From Isurus oxyrinchus (lineage: Eukaryota), in the NCBI GenBank assembly GCA_026770705.1, contig JANJGN010000036.1, positions 4,030,001 to 4,094,000 of the forward strand: 64,000 bases of DNA, read 5' to 3'. Within the stretch, counting starts at the first letter, position 1, and every line of letters starts with the position of its first letter. Both the position numbers and the translations under genes were made by a program. The notes under the pieces are model-generated. The model was given only the letters and a program-made list of their open reading frames with translations, made no database searches and had not been told where the DNA came from. Shown here piece after piece: positions 37,601 to 48,460 of this stretch.

Positions 37601-38977
37601 CCTCGAAAGATCATTGATGGAAATAGTAGCGAGTTCAGTTTGAAGGAGATGCAGAAAGATGGATAGAAGCATAGGTACCGACAGGGAAAATGACTATCCC
37701 TCATGCTGAGGGGCGGTTGGAAATGCTGCTTTCCGGTGAGGACATTGGGATCAGTTTGGAATTGATGTAAGAATTGATGTAAGAGTGAGAGGTGGTTAAT
37801 GAGAAAAGCTTTGAATTAATTTACCAAATAGTCAACAGAAAATGGAGGCCTTCGTTGCCTCAGTCTGTGTCCTACACTGTGCTGGTCATTGTTTATATTT
37901 CTATCATTTTATTCTGTTTTAATATATTTATCGATGCATCTATAGCTCGCTGCCTGTCTTTTTTATATTTATCTATCTATCTATTTTTCTATCCACCTCT
38001 CTCCCTCTTTATCATCTTCTCACACGTTGTCTATGTGACTGCCTCCCTCTATCTAGCAATCCACCTTCCTTCAACATTGTAAACCTGCTTCGCTTATCTA
38101 ATCATTTTCAATGTTTTTAAATGTGCTCAGTGATGTTGCTGACAGTGACAAAACTAACATTGATTGCCCAACCCCAGTTGCCCTCTGCTGGTCGTGCTGG
38201 ATCTCCTTGAAACTTGTCCATGAACCAAAAGGCACGGATTGGTCAATTTCTTCACAAATACAATTACATTTTTTTCAATTTTTGCTCCCTACCACCTGCA
38301 GTTTCCCATGTTCCGGGAGTTCGCCCGTGGATGGTTCTCTTGGCCGGGAGAAGGAGCTCCAGGAGTTGGCAGTCAAGTGGCGATTATAGACAGTTAAACT
38401 CCGCGGCGCTCTCAATGCATCCATTTTTCACTGGGTTTTTGAATGTTTGAATGTGAAATAAGAAAGTTTCAACACAAATTAAACCACTTTCTAACAGGCA
38501 ACATGAACAGTGATGCGGAACTGTCAAATTCCAAAGCACGGACACAAAAATAAGTTGCTAACTATGAATGGACTTGTTTCGCAACATGTGTAGATACATT
38601 TCACTGAATTTTAATCCAAGGTTTAACATTCAAAGTTACTGTTATATGAGTATAGGAGATTTTGTACAGTGCATACTGCAAGATAACACTGTTTACCCGC
38701 CCTATAACACTACGGCAATAGATGGAAAATATAGATTGGAGTTCAGTTATGTCAAATTGAGACCGATAGATTTTTGTTAAAGAGAATTAAGTGTTGGGGA
38801 ACGAAGGCGAGGGGATGGGGTTAAGATACAGTTCAGAAAGGATCACATTGAAAGGCAGAACAGGCTGGAAAGGCTGAATGGCCTCCTGATGATGGTGTGG
38901 CTCACGCTAATTGTTTGCGTTTTCTCTTACAGACGCGTTTTGCTCGGTTGGCGCTTATTGCGGATCCAGCAATCTGA
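34690..38977 (+). pseudogene. Full-length A-type VJ-C1 receptor pseudogene psi-A3 (leader 34690-34754, V 35460-35831, C1 35924-~36223, TM ~38279-38376, cyt1 38498-~38556, last exon 38933-38977)
   Basis: Leader MSPLNL*. V has a frameshift, TAA at 35690, YYC>YYS and FENGSKLL. C1 LLTPP..LYCFV..RWNVSG..DGAFTIRS has W>TGA at 36139. TM is partly deleted. Last exon reads TRFARLALIADPAI*. Confidence 0.88.
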
Positions 38978-41900
38978 CTGCAAACGATACTGAGAGCTCA
39001 TATTCTGCTTCCGAGCTATAACGTGTTCTGGAAAGCTTCCTCTGTTGTATCCTCATTGCAGGAAAGCCTGGAGGTGTGACCCTTTCCAAAAGACAGCCAT
39101 CGCAAACTCTGTTCCCGGCGGAATGCATATTTAACAGTAATAATGAGCAATACAGGATGCCGGTTCATCACCTACTGGAGAGTTTTCAGGTCTGACAGAA
39201 CATGTTCCATTTCAAGTGCAATTTGATCTTCTGAAATTTTAGCTTTGTGCTCAGTCTCAAAACGTTCCCACTTTCTTATGGTAGTGTTTTTTTTAGTTCA
39301 TTCTGCATTTTTGTGTGGCGCTTGAGCAGGAAAGATTCAATCAGCGTTCAATTTAGCAATTCATTAAAACACATTTTGACGCTCAAGCATTGTATTTGGG
39401 AGTTCAGGCTGTTTGATCCTCCAGTGCAGATGTGCTCAGTGAATCTGAAAAGGCAGGTTACAGAACATCTTTATACACCATGTGCTGCTTAATAGTGGAG
39501 AACAGTTCTATAAGAATGATACCAGAGCTGAAGTATAATGATATCAGGGAAGATTCAACGGGTTGGGCCTCTTTTCTGTAGAAGTGTAAAGACTGAGGGG
39601 TGACCTGAGAAAAATGTTTAAAATTATGAAAAGATTCGATATGTGTAGACATAGAACTAATGTTCAAACTTGCAGGTAAAGCTGAAGTAAACGTCACGAA
39701 TATAAGAAATTCACTAATAATTCCAATGGAGAATTCAGGAATAATTACTTTCCCGGGAGAAAGGGGAGAATGCAGAGCTCGAAACCACAGGCAGTGATGG
39801 AGGTGATATTCATTTTAGGAGGTGGGGGAGCTGGAAAACACATCATGAATAAAGGAATACAATTATATGTTGATTGGGTGAGATGAAGATGGTGTGGGAG
39901 GAGACTAGTGTGGAGTAAAAACACCAGCATGGAGCAGGGGGGTCAAATGGCTTGTATCTGCTCTGGAAATGCTTTTGAATTTTGTAAAGCAGATAACAGG
40001 AGCGGTGGTTAAAAGTGGTTTGCTGGCGATGTGAATAATTTGCATCAATAAAACAATTTGGTCTTCACAAAAACGAAACAGTTAAATGTGAAATTAGAAT
40101 TCAAAAGGACGTTTCACTGAGATATTTTTGCGTTACATGTTCAATAATGTAAGAATTAAAAGTCAGCCTTGAGAAAATAGCTTTTTAAGATACATGTTAC
40201 GACTGGAACAATTGTTATTCACTGAGGATGCAAAATCCCAGATCCAGACTTGTCTTACTGATTAGTCTTTTATTGTATTTTGAAAAAGAGAGTAATATTA
40301 CTATTCGCAGGAGCATAGAAGCCCAGTAACGTTTTGACGATTTTAGAATTAAACGATTTCTGAACAAGGAGAAAAAAGACTTAAGCACACAAGATTAAAA
40401 TTACACAGTTGAAATAACCATACAAAACATTCCTCCAAAAAAACCGAGTTGATCAGAACTCACAAGCAAATTATTTGGCAAGAGCTCCCATATAGATTTT
40501 TAACCATAAAAAATCCCAGTAATATTACCTAAGGCAAAAACTGTTGCTACTTCAGTAAAGTATACCACGCGACTTCTCACTCTCTTCCACTCTGCTGTAG
40601 AATTCCGAAGAAGGTTCAGAAATAGACTCACTAATGAAAACAAAGCCTTCTCTTTCTTGAAATCGCATGACTGATTCTAATCCACAATTTTTTCTCAGTA
40701 CAGAGTTGGTCTCAGGACATCTCCCCACCCACAGCCACCTCAACTCATCAAACATACGCCTTAAATATTATCATTCCATTTCATCGTCGACTCCATCGAC
40801 ATAAGCACATCTTTAACTCAAATTTTCCACAATATAAAATCCTTCATGTCTTCCTATTGCCTCCACTTTCGGGTTCAAATAAAATGTAATAATCTTCCCT
40901 TCTTTGCTCATGAAAACTCTGAAAGTTTAAGAGTCCCTTAATATCCCACCGAAATTTTGCAGCTGTAAATACAGTCCTCAACTATTACCTAATGCAATTT
41001 AAATACGTAACTTATTTACTTGTAATTCCAACTTCACCATAGCCGCTCCTTATAAATGCATGCATCAAGCAGCTTTACCTTTCCTCTCTCACTTCTCAAA
41101 GACAAGCTGTCTTTACTAACTTTCCACAGTTTAATTTCCCATGGACAGAAATAAACACAGCTTTCTTTATAGAATACCAGCATTCTCCCCAAAATACAGG
41201 AAAGCAACATCCATCTTCATGTGTAAAACTCCAGCCATTCACCTTGTTTCCCTATCCCTTAATACACTGACACAAGAAAATGAAACGGATACCCGCTTTA
41301 ACAGCTCTCTGGGGGAGAGAGATACAGATTTCCGCTCCACTTTCCACAGCACCTCTTGCTTCAAAACGCACTACACACGGTAAATCTCTGACATGTCGGT
41401 TCAAAGTTGAATACTAATCAAAAGACAGTATGTAAAACTGAAATGGAACCATCACAAGTTCCCTGAATCATTGCCCGTGTCCCTCTCCTGCTGTATTCCA
41501 ATTCTGTAAATGATAAAACACATCACATCCCAGACAGAGAAACCCACAACTAACAGCATCTCAATCCAGGATTGATATTCTCAGCACGGCAGAAATTGCA
41601 GTTTTATCCAGGTGACATTTAATTATAATTCGATTATTAATCAGTGCAGCATTATAATCGAAAAATAATTTACTTTATTTACATGCTGATATTTGACAAA
41701 AAAATGAACATCCTATCAGTAACTGGAGTTAAAGGATCAGCAGAAAAAGTGCAGAAAAACCAGGGAAAGTCTTAGTCTTTGCTCAATATTTCCTTCACAC
41801 TTTAATTACATGATAACAGTGGAATGTCCTTAGCAATACTCAAAACAACTTCTAAATTTAACAAAATGGACCAGCCTTTGTAGCTCTGGGCAGTGCAGTG

Positions 41901-43315
41901 GGAAAGTTTATTTTTTTGATCCGAGTCTCCTTGGCTCCCACAAGGCTGGGAGTTATTTTGCAAATCCAGTCTTCTCCATAACTCATCAGAGAGAAACCTT
42001 CTGGATTCTCATCTGCGACCCTACTTCTTTTTTGGTCTTTTATCCCATGCAGCCAAGTCCAGGGAGGTGTAGAAAGGTCTGCCTTGAGTCTGGGAGAGAT
42101 ATTAAACATTAGCGCCCAAAACAAGTTAAAAGACAGGTCAGATTGTCCACTCCCGGAATTGCGTTTCATAGAAGCATTGAATGATACAACAAAGAAGGAG
42201 GCCGTTCGGCCCATTGACTCTGTGCCAGCTCTTTAACGAGCTAGAATGCAGCCTTCTCTGCCCCCACATCACTGCCGTTATTTCCCCCTTCTACTATTTT
42301 TCGAATTTCTTCTTGGTAGATTTTATTAAATCTGCTTCCATTGCCCTTTATATCAATTTGAGGATTTTTAAATTTCATTTGCATATGTAAGCATTGCCTG
42401 AATTATTTTTCTGTAACAGAGAAGCACAATTCAGACAGCAACCGGAAACTACCAAAGTTTAATCAAAAAAGTTGAACGATGAGTCTATCAATTTGATTGG
42501 ATTGCTTTGCTGCTAATTAGCCAATCGGATTACAATGTTTCGCCATGTGCCAGTTACATGATTGAGTGAAGCCCATAGAAATAATTGCATTGAGAGGAAT
42601 CACACACATACATTCAAAAGACTTGCGTTTTTACTGCGGCTGGCACGAACTCTAGAAGACTCAGGATATTTCATATCCATTATTTTTGAAGTGCAGCCTC
42701 TGTTTTTTTATTGTATGCAACGTGGCAGCCAATTTGCACACAGTAAAATCCCATAAACAGCAAGGAGGTAATGACTCAGTTAATTGTTTTCTTCATGATG
42801 TTAGTTGAGAGGTAAAATATGAAACGGGACACCAGAGAGCACCCAACATCCCCCTTCCCCAACATCGCCTCCCCCACCACTGCCTTTCTTGCAATATTGG
42901 CGGTAGCATCGTTTCTACTGACCTGAGAGGGCAGATGGGGCCTCGGTTTAACGTTTCATGTGAAAATCGCACCTCAGAGAGTGCAGCACTCGCTCTGGAG
43001 TGTCAATCTAGACTTTATGCTCAAGTATCTGGACCCTCCCTTCATCCCACACAGACACACACAAACACATACAAACGCACGCACACACATGCATACACAC
43101 ACACGCAAACACACACACACACGCACGTTCTCCACAAACAGATTCCTTCTTTACCTATCTACAACAGAAACATATTTTGATTTATCTATAAAACTCCCCT
43201 GGGTTTGGTTTTATTTTGCTTGTCATTCGTTTGGCTAATGTTTTTACGAAATGGTTTCGGTCGGGGGAGGGAGAAAGATGAGGAATGGCGAGGGCAGATT
43301 AGACTCATTGTAGAG
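38255..43315 (+). repeat. Segmental duplication with window 1-5085 (A-type 3' exons + CR1 + Tx1 remnant + SINE)
   Basis: Colinear similarity over ~5 kb, ending at cagattagactca (43300) / gagatcagactca (5070). Confidence 0.9.
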
Positions 43316-43611
43316 ATAAAAGAAAATAGCATAATGTTAAAATATGAACTGCTAGAACTCCGCCGTTAAGCCTAACGGAGACATTCTACCCGAAACATTA
43401 CCCTATCCATTTTGTTATCAGATGCTGAAAGGGGCTGGGAATATCTTCTGATTCCAGTGGGGCAACGAGTGGAATTTGACACAAATTCAGATGCTCCAGA
43501 CTTTGACCTGCTCTCTGTTAACCGCGTCAAATATCCAGACTGGGATGCCTTGCAACTTAACCCAAAAAAACAAGTTTTTGCATATTAGTGCAACAGATTC
43601 AAAAAACTCAC

Positions 43612-43643
43612 CTGTATTGCACCCTGATGTGTCCGCTTTGCCT
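43612..43643 (-). CDS. Gene B cytoplasmic micro-exon 3 (EAKRTHQGAIQ)
   Basis: caaacAG acceptor, cag|GTGAGT donor, 32 bp phase 1/0, compatible with the upstream exon. Confidence 0.55.
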
Positions 43644-44089
43644 CTGTTTGATGGTGGTCATCTGTGTTATGAGTGGCTAAGATATGAATTGAAATGTTAT
43701 CCCAGTTTGGCTCATCATTATTTAGATACAGATGCACTATGCGCCAATAATCTGCCAAAGTGCCAATGGCCCCAATACGTCAATGGCCCAGTATGTCACC
43801 ACGTCCCCAATCTGCATTAGCTCCCACAATACGTGAAAGTTCCCTCAATTCTTCAGTGGAGTGAACTTCGCCAAAGGATGGCCAAGCACTGTCCACCCAC
43901 TGTGCCTGGCGTGCACCGTCCATCTGGCATATTACGGCCACTATTATCAACCAGTAATTCGCATTTTATATGGGATTCACAGATAGCCAAGTGATTGGGA
44001 ACATTTTAATGGCGGGAAATGCTCTTATGCATCGTTTCAATCCCGTCCACTTGACATTTAATTAGCACCAACGTTCCAATGCAACTTAC

Positions 44090-44136
44090 CCATTTGTCGC
44101 TCATTCAGGCCATCTCGTTGCCTTCTCTCTCTCAAA
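44090..44136 (-). CDS. Gene B cytoplasmic micro-exon 2 (NLRERRQRDGLNERQM)
   Basis: cagttttAG acceptor, atgg|GTAAGT donor, 47 bp phase 2/1. Confidence 0.6.
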
Positions 44137-44604
44137 CTAAAACTGATTGAAACAAAAATATTAAACATGGGAATCCATTTGNNNNNNNNNNNNNNNNNNN
44201 NNNNNNNNNNNNNNNNNNNNNNNNNNNNNNNNNNNNNNNNNNNNNNNNNNNNNNNNNNNNNNNNNNNNNNNNNNNNNNNNNNNNNNNNNNNNNNNNNNNN
44301 NNNNNNNNNNNNNNNNNNNNNNNNNNNNNNNNNNNNNNNNNNNNNNNNNNNNNNNNNNNNNATGTCCAGAGACTTGTGCAGGAAGTCTGGACTGACACTC
44401 CAGAGTGAGTCTTGTAAATCCTGGCTCAGGTGCCGGAAATATATGAGAAGAAAATTGTCGAGCTGTCTTAGAATCAATCTTAAAAGTTCATGGCAAATGT
44501 GAGCAAATACAATTTGAATCAGTGTTGGGGATGAACTGGGTTACACCCAGTGTTAAATATGGAGAGTGTTCGGGATGCACTTTTCAAGTGGTTCAGTTAC
44601 TCAC

Positions 44605-44635
44605 TTTTCATTGTGCGAATTCTCGCCTCGTTCTT
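44605..44635 (-). CDS. Gene B cytoplasmic micro-exon 1 (EERGENSHNE)
   Basis: ctacttacAG acceptor, aa|GTGAGT donor, 31 bp phase 1/2. Confidence 0.65.
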
Positions 44636-44730
44636 CTGTAAGTAGAAGCTATAATTAGCCATTTAAAACTCCGATAAGTGAATCAGATTAGATAGTTATT
44701 AAAATATCCCTGATAAATATCAATTCTCAC

Positions 44731-44832
44731 CTGATCTGCCGCTTTTAAGAATCCAAATGGAACTAAGGACCAAGAGTAGAACCAGTATCACCAGGACAGG
44801 TATGATAATAGGAAGGGCCGGTCTGCACCATC
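44731..44832 (-). CDS. Gene B exon: stalk Cys + uncharged transmembrane helix
   Basis: ttttgtctctgtAG acceptor, cag|GTGAGA donor, 102 bp phase 1/1. GWCRPALPIIIPVLVILVLLLVLSSIWILKSGRS. Confidence 0.88.
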
Positions 44833-44999
44833 CTACAGAGACAAAAGACTTAGAAACTGCTGCCCGGTCAAATCATCCTTTTCTGGGATTCTCTGATGAG
44901 AAACGTGACCATATCAAAGCCCTCAAACAGTCCATTGGGTCAATCATGCCAGTGCAGGCTCTTTGAAAGAGGTGTCTAATTAGTCATATTCTCGCTGCT

Positions 45000-45410
45000 C
45001 TTCCTCCAATAACCCTGAAAATTTATCCCCATCAAGTATATATCCAATTCTTCTTTTGAAAATGTCTATTGAATTTGCTTCCACCGCCCTTTGAGGCAGT
45101 TCCTTCCAGGTCACAACAACTCACTCTGTAAAAAAAAAATCTCCTCAACTCCCCTAGTGTTTCTTTTGCCAATTATCTTCACTTTGTGTTCCTCTATCAC
45201 CCCACCAGCCAGTGGAAACAGTTGCTTCTTAAGTACTCTATCGAAACCCCTCGTGATTTTGCACGCCTCGATTAAATCCCACTCCACCCCCTTAATCTTC
45301 TCTGCTCTATGGAGAACAATCACAGCTTGTGCAGTCTCTCCACATGAACTGAAGTCCCTCATCCTCGGTTCCATTCGGGTGTAACTCCTCTATACCCTCT
45401 CCAAGGCATT
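45000..45410 (-). mobile_element. CR1 LINE 3' fragment in gene B C1-TM intron (sense to gene B)
   Basis: DLIEACKITRGFDRV...QLFPLA remnant of the CR1 ORF2 end. Confidence 0.7.
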
Positions 45411-45741
45411 GTTGGCTGTGTCCTGCGTGTAAAATGCATCTATTGTTAAACTGATCGGAATTTCAATTCCGAGGTCCAATGAAAGTAGATTCAATGGAAG
45501 GTCGGTGGAAGTAGATTCAAAAATAACTTTCTGAAAAGAAATGGCATCTTAACTTGAAGTGGAAAATGTGAGTGGGCTATGGAGAAATGGTGGATATAGT
45601 TGGAAACTCTCACAAAGGGGATAGCACAGGCATGATGTGTATAGTTTAATTTGCAGCCTGACGATTCTAAAAAGCTAGTGCATTTCTCCAACTGACTCTA
45701 AAGTTGAATAAAAGCCCTCGTTGACCAGATCACCAACTCAC

Positions 45742-46071
45742 CTGGCCCTGCCTCTTCTGCTTTGCGAAACGACACGCTCTTTGTCAAGTATTTGTCTAGA
45801 GATCCCAGTTGAACAATACAGGTACAGAGACCACCACTTCTCCAGGTTTCCCTCGAAACTGTGACGTGACTTCTTATACTGTAGGTCCCGTCCGCCCCCA
45901 CTGTACCGGTATCTCGTGGTCCCTCGGTGACCAGGCCGGAAATATTCCAGAAAATAGCAATTTGTTTGGAAGAAACTCCACTGACCAAACACACTAGGGA
46001 GACGGTTTTCCTCAAATGCAGCTTACCGGGCGGGACAAACACCCGCACAGCTGTCTTGTTGCTGGAACTGT
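45742..46071 (-). CDS. Gene B exon: Ig C1-set domain
   Basis: tttgtccAG acceptor, ccag|GTGAGT donor, 330 bp phase 1/1. TAVRVFVPP..VSLVCLVSG..IFWNISG..DGTYSIRSHVTVSRETWRSGGLCTCIVQ. Confidence 0.92.
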
Positions 46072-46161
46072 CTGGACAAAGATTGGGACACGGTTAACGA
46101 TTAACTTGTATCAAATTATAATGCTGTGTACGATCTGAATTCATTTCACTTGTTGTCTTAC

Positions 46162-46494
46162 CTCCCACCAGTAGATTGGGCCCATTCTGGAGTGGTGAAG
46201 TGGTATACCTATGAATACAGTAGTAGGAGCCCGCGTCATTCACTTGGACATTGCGAACTTTCAGTATCAATTGATGTTTGTTGTTGCCTTTTTTAGAAAT
46301 AAACTTACAATTGACCCCCTTGCAGGACTGGTTGTCGATTAGTTTCGGGGCTTCACCCATACGTTGTTGGTACCAGATAAAGCTAGATACAATGTCAACT
46401 TCGTTAATGTATTGACAGGTTAATTCTACCGTGTCTCCGACTTCAGCTGTGATTATGAAGGGGCTCTGAGACAGAGAGGGCTCTGATTCTGTAA
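46162..46494 (-). CDS. Gene B exon: Ig V-set domain with degenerate J-like end
   Basis: ctctctAG acceptor, gag|GTAAGA donor, 90-bp intron to C1. LSQSP..VELTC..IWYQQRMGEAPKLI..NDAGSYYC..LQNGPNLLVG. Confidence 0.92.
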
Positions 46495-46764
46495 CTAGAG
46501 AGATTATTGTTACATTACTATTGGTTGTTGAGAGGCTAGAAGCAGCTGCTTTGAAATTTAAGAACAGACACATCATTATCATTAATTATTCTTGGCCAAA
46601 TTAGTTCATCAATATGTTTTTCATTGCTGTATAGCAGGAAGCAATACATAAGCTCGCATGATCAGGCCAAGTCCCTTCACCTGATCATTGGGTGACACTT
46701 TCAGCTTAGTAAACATTCTTTCTGACTGATTCCAGGTTAAAATTCTCCCCCGTCTCTTACACAC

Positions 46765-46821
46765 CAGGAATCTGCAGTACTTGGAAAATGAGCATCAGAG
46801 ATAAAAAAAATCCTTGGACAT
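46765..46821 (-). CDS. Gene B leader exon (in-frame ATG at 46795; upstream ATG at 46821 is out of frame across a T8 run)
   Basis: Phase-1 donor cctg|GTGTGT. MLIFQVLQIP from 46795. With T9 it would read MSKDFFLSLMLIFQVLQIP. Confidence 0.6.
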
Positions 46822-47594
46822 CTTGACGCGGTGAGTTCCCCCTGTTTTCACTCTCAGCAGTTTGTTTCTGCAGGCGGAGTGGCCGCAAACTGACCTGAGC
46901 TCAGTCCGAATGAGTTGCTCCCATTTCAGATGCGGTGGAAACTATGACGAGCTATGCTATGGAAAGTATGACACCTTTGCGGGTGCAGTGTTCTGGTGAA
47001 CGCCACATGCGTTTGACTTACAGTGGCCACTGTCTGTGCGTCAAAACAGTCAAGTGGCAGAATATCTATAAAGAACTTTGCTGGGGTGTCGTTCAGGAGG
47101 GATGTCAGAATAATAATTGTGCGGATGAATGTTCAATACTGCAGTTAAAGTTTAATTCTACCTTAACTATCCCTAATTGTCATTGAGAAGGTGCTGGTGA
47201 GCCAATTTGAAAACTTCTACCAGGTCGCCCTCAGTCTTGTATTTAGAGAATTGAGACATAACCTGTTCAGTCATTCCTGTTAGTTTAAGCTCTCAACTCT
47301 GGAATCAGGCTTATCAATCTTGTTTGCACTTCTCCAGTGTCTCGATATTCCTTCCACAAAATTGAGTCCAGAAATGTGCACAGTTAGTCCAAGTGTTGTC
47401 TGAACAAGGTTCCAAGAACGAACATAACTTCTTTGTTTTTCACTTACATTCCTAGTCCCGGTGCTGATTTGCATTTTTCCCAGTGACGAACACTTGCAAT
47501 TGCCTCAAAAGGTATTTGCTTTAGAATTGTTCACAGAGCGAATGGACCAACAGTTTAATTTGCGTCAGAAACAGACCAGACGCTGAGGGCAAGA

Positions 47595-47755
47595 TAAAAG
47601 CAAAATGCTGCGGATGCTGGAAATCTGAAATAAAAACAGAAAATGCTGGAAAAACTCAGAAGGAAGACTCTGAAGAAGAGTCATGCAGACTCGAAACGTC
47701 CGTTCCTGGTTCAGACCTGCTGAGTTTTTCCCTCATTTTCTATTATTATTTCAGA
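47595..47755. mobile_element. Short inverted Penelope-like terminal fragments with hammerhead core
   Basis: tgcggatgctggaaatctgaaataaaaacag plus an inverted copy. CTGAAGA-A-GAGTC atgca GACTC-GAAAC-GTC at 47670-47700. Confidence 0.65.
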
Positions 47756-48124
47756 ACCTGAGGTCTCTGTTTACCGGATTTGTATTTAGATGCTGAACGG
47801 GGATCACACTCTCGCATTCTGCTGTTGAGTGAGCGGCATCACTGTAAATAACCCAGGTAGAACCGACTCACATAACCAGCAGCATTAACAGTGGACATAA
47901 TTTTTAAAAAGCTCAGGTTTTCCGAAAGAGCCGCGTTCGGGTTCAATGGAACCTAATTCTCGGGGGCAATTCAGCACAAGTCGGATAGAGAGAGCCTACG
48001 GGAATCTATAGTGAGAAAATCGTCTAGAGCAGTGAAACTGAGTGATAGTGGGTGAAAGGTTTATAAGGATCAGTTATAAATACAAACTTCCCTTTATCTG
48101 TTGCTTAAGGCAAGAGTCTGCTAA

Positions 48125-48460
48125 TTTATTTGTATCCGTTCATGGGATGTGAGGGTCGCGGGCTGGGGCATCGTTTATTGCCCATCTCTAATTGCCCCTT
48201 GAGAAGCTGGTGAGCCGCTTTCTTGAAAAGCTGCAGTCCCTGTGGTATAGATACACCCACAGTGCTGTCGGAGAGGGTGGGGAGTTCCAGGATTTTTACA
48301 CAGAGACAGTGAAGGAACGGCGATAAAACTTCAAGTCAGGATGGTGTTTGTCTTCCGGGTAATTGCAAATGCTGGTGCTCACATGCTCCCTCGTACCCTG
48401 TCCTTCGAGGCGGTGGAAGCCTTGGCGATTGGTTGCAATGCAGCCTGTGAATAGATAGTA
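48125..48460 (-). mobile_element. 3' end of a chondrichthyan CR1/L2-type LINE (other copies ~52300-52495, ~56560-56640, ~58620-58920 on +)
   Basis: ttcatgggatgt...tttattgcccatc..taattgcccc.tgagaag signature recurs in the window. Confidence 0.6.
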
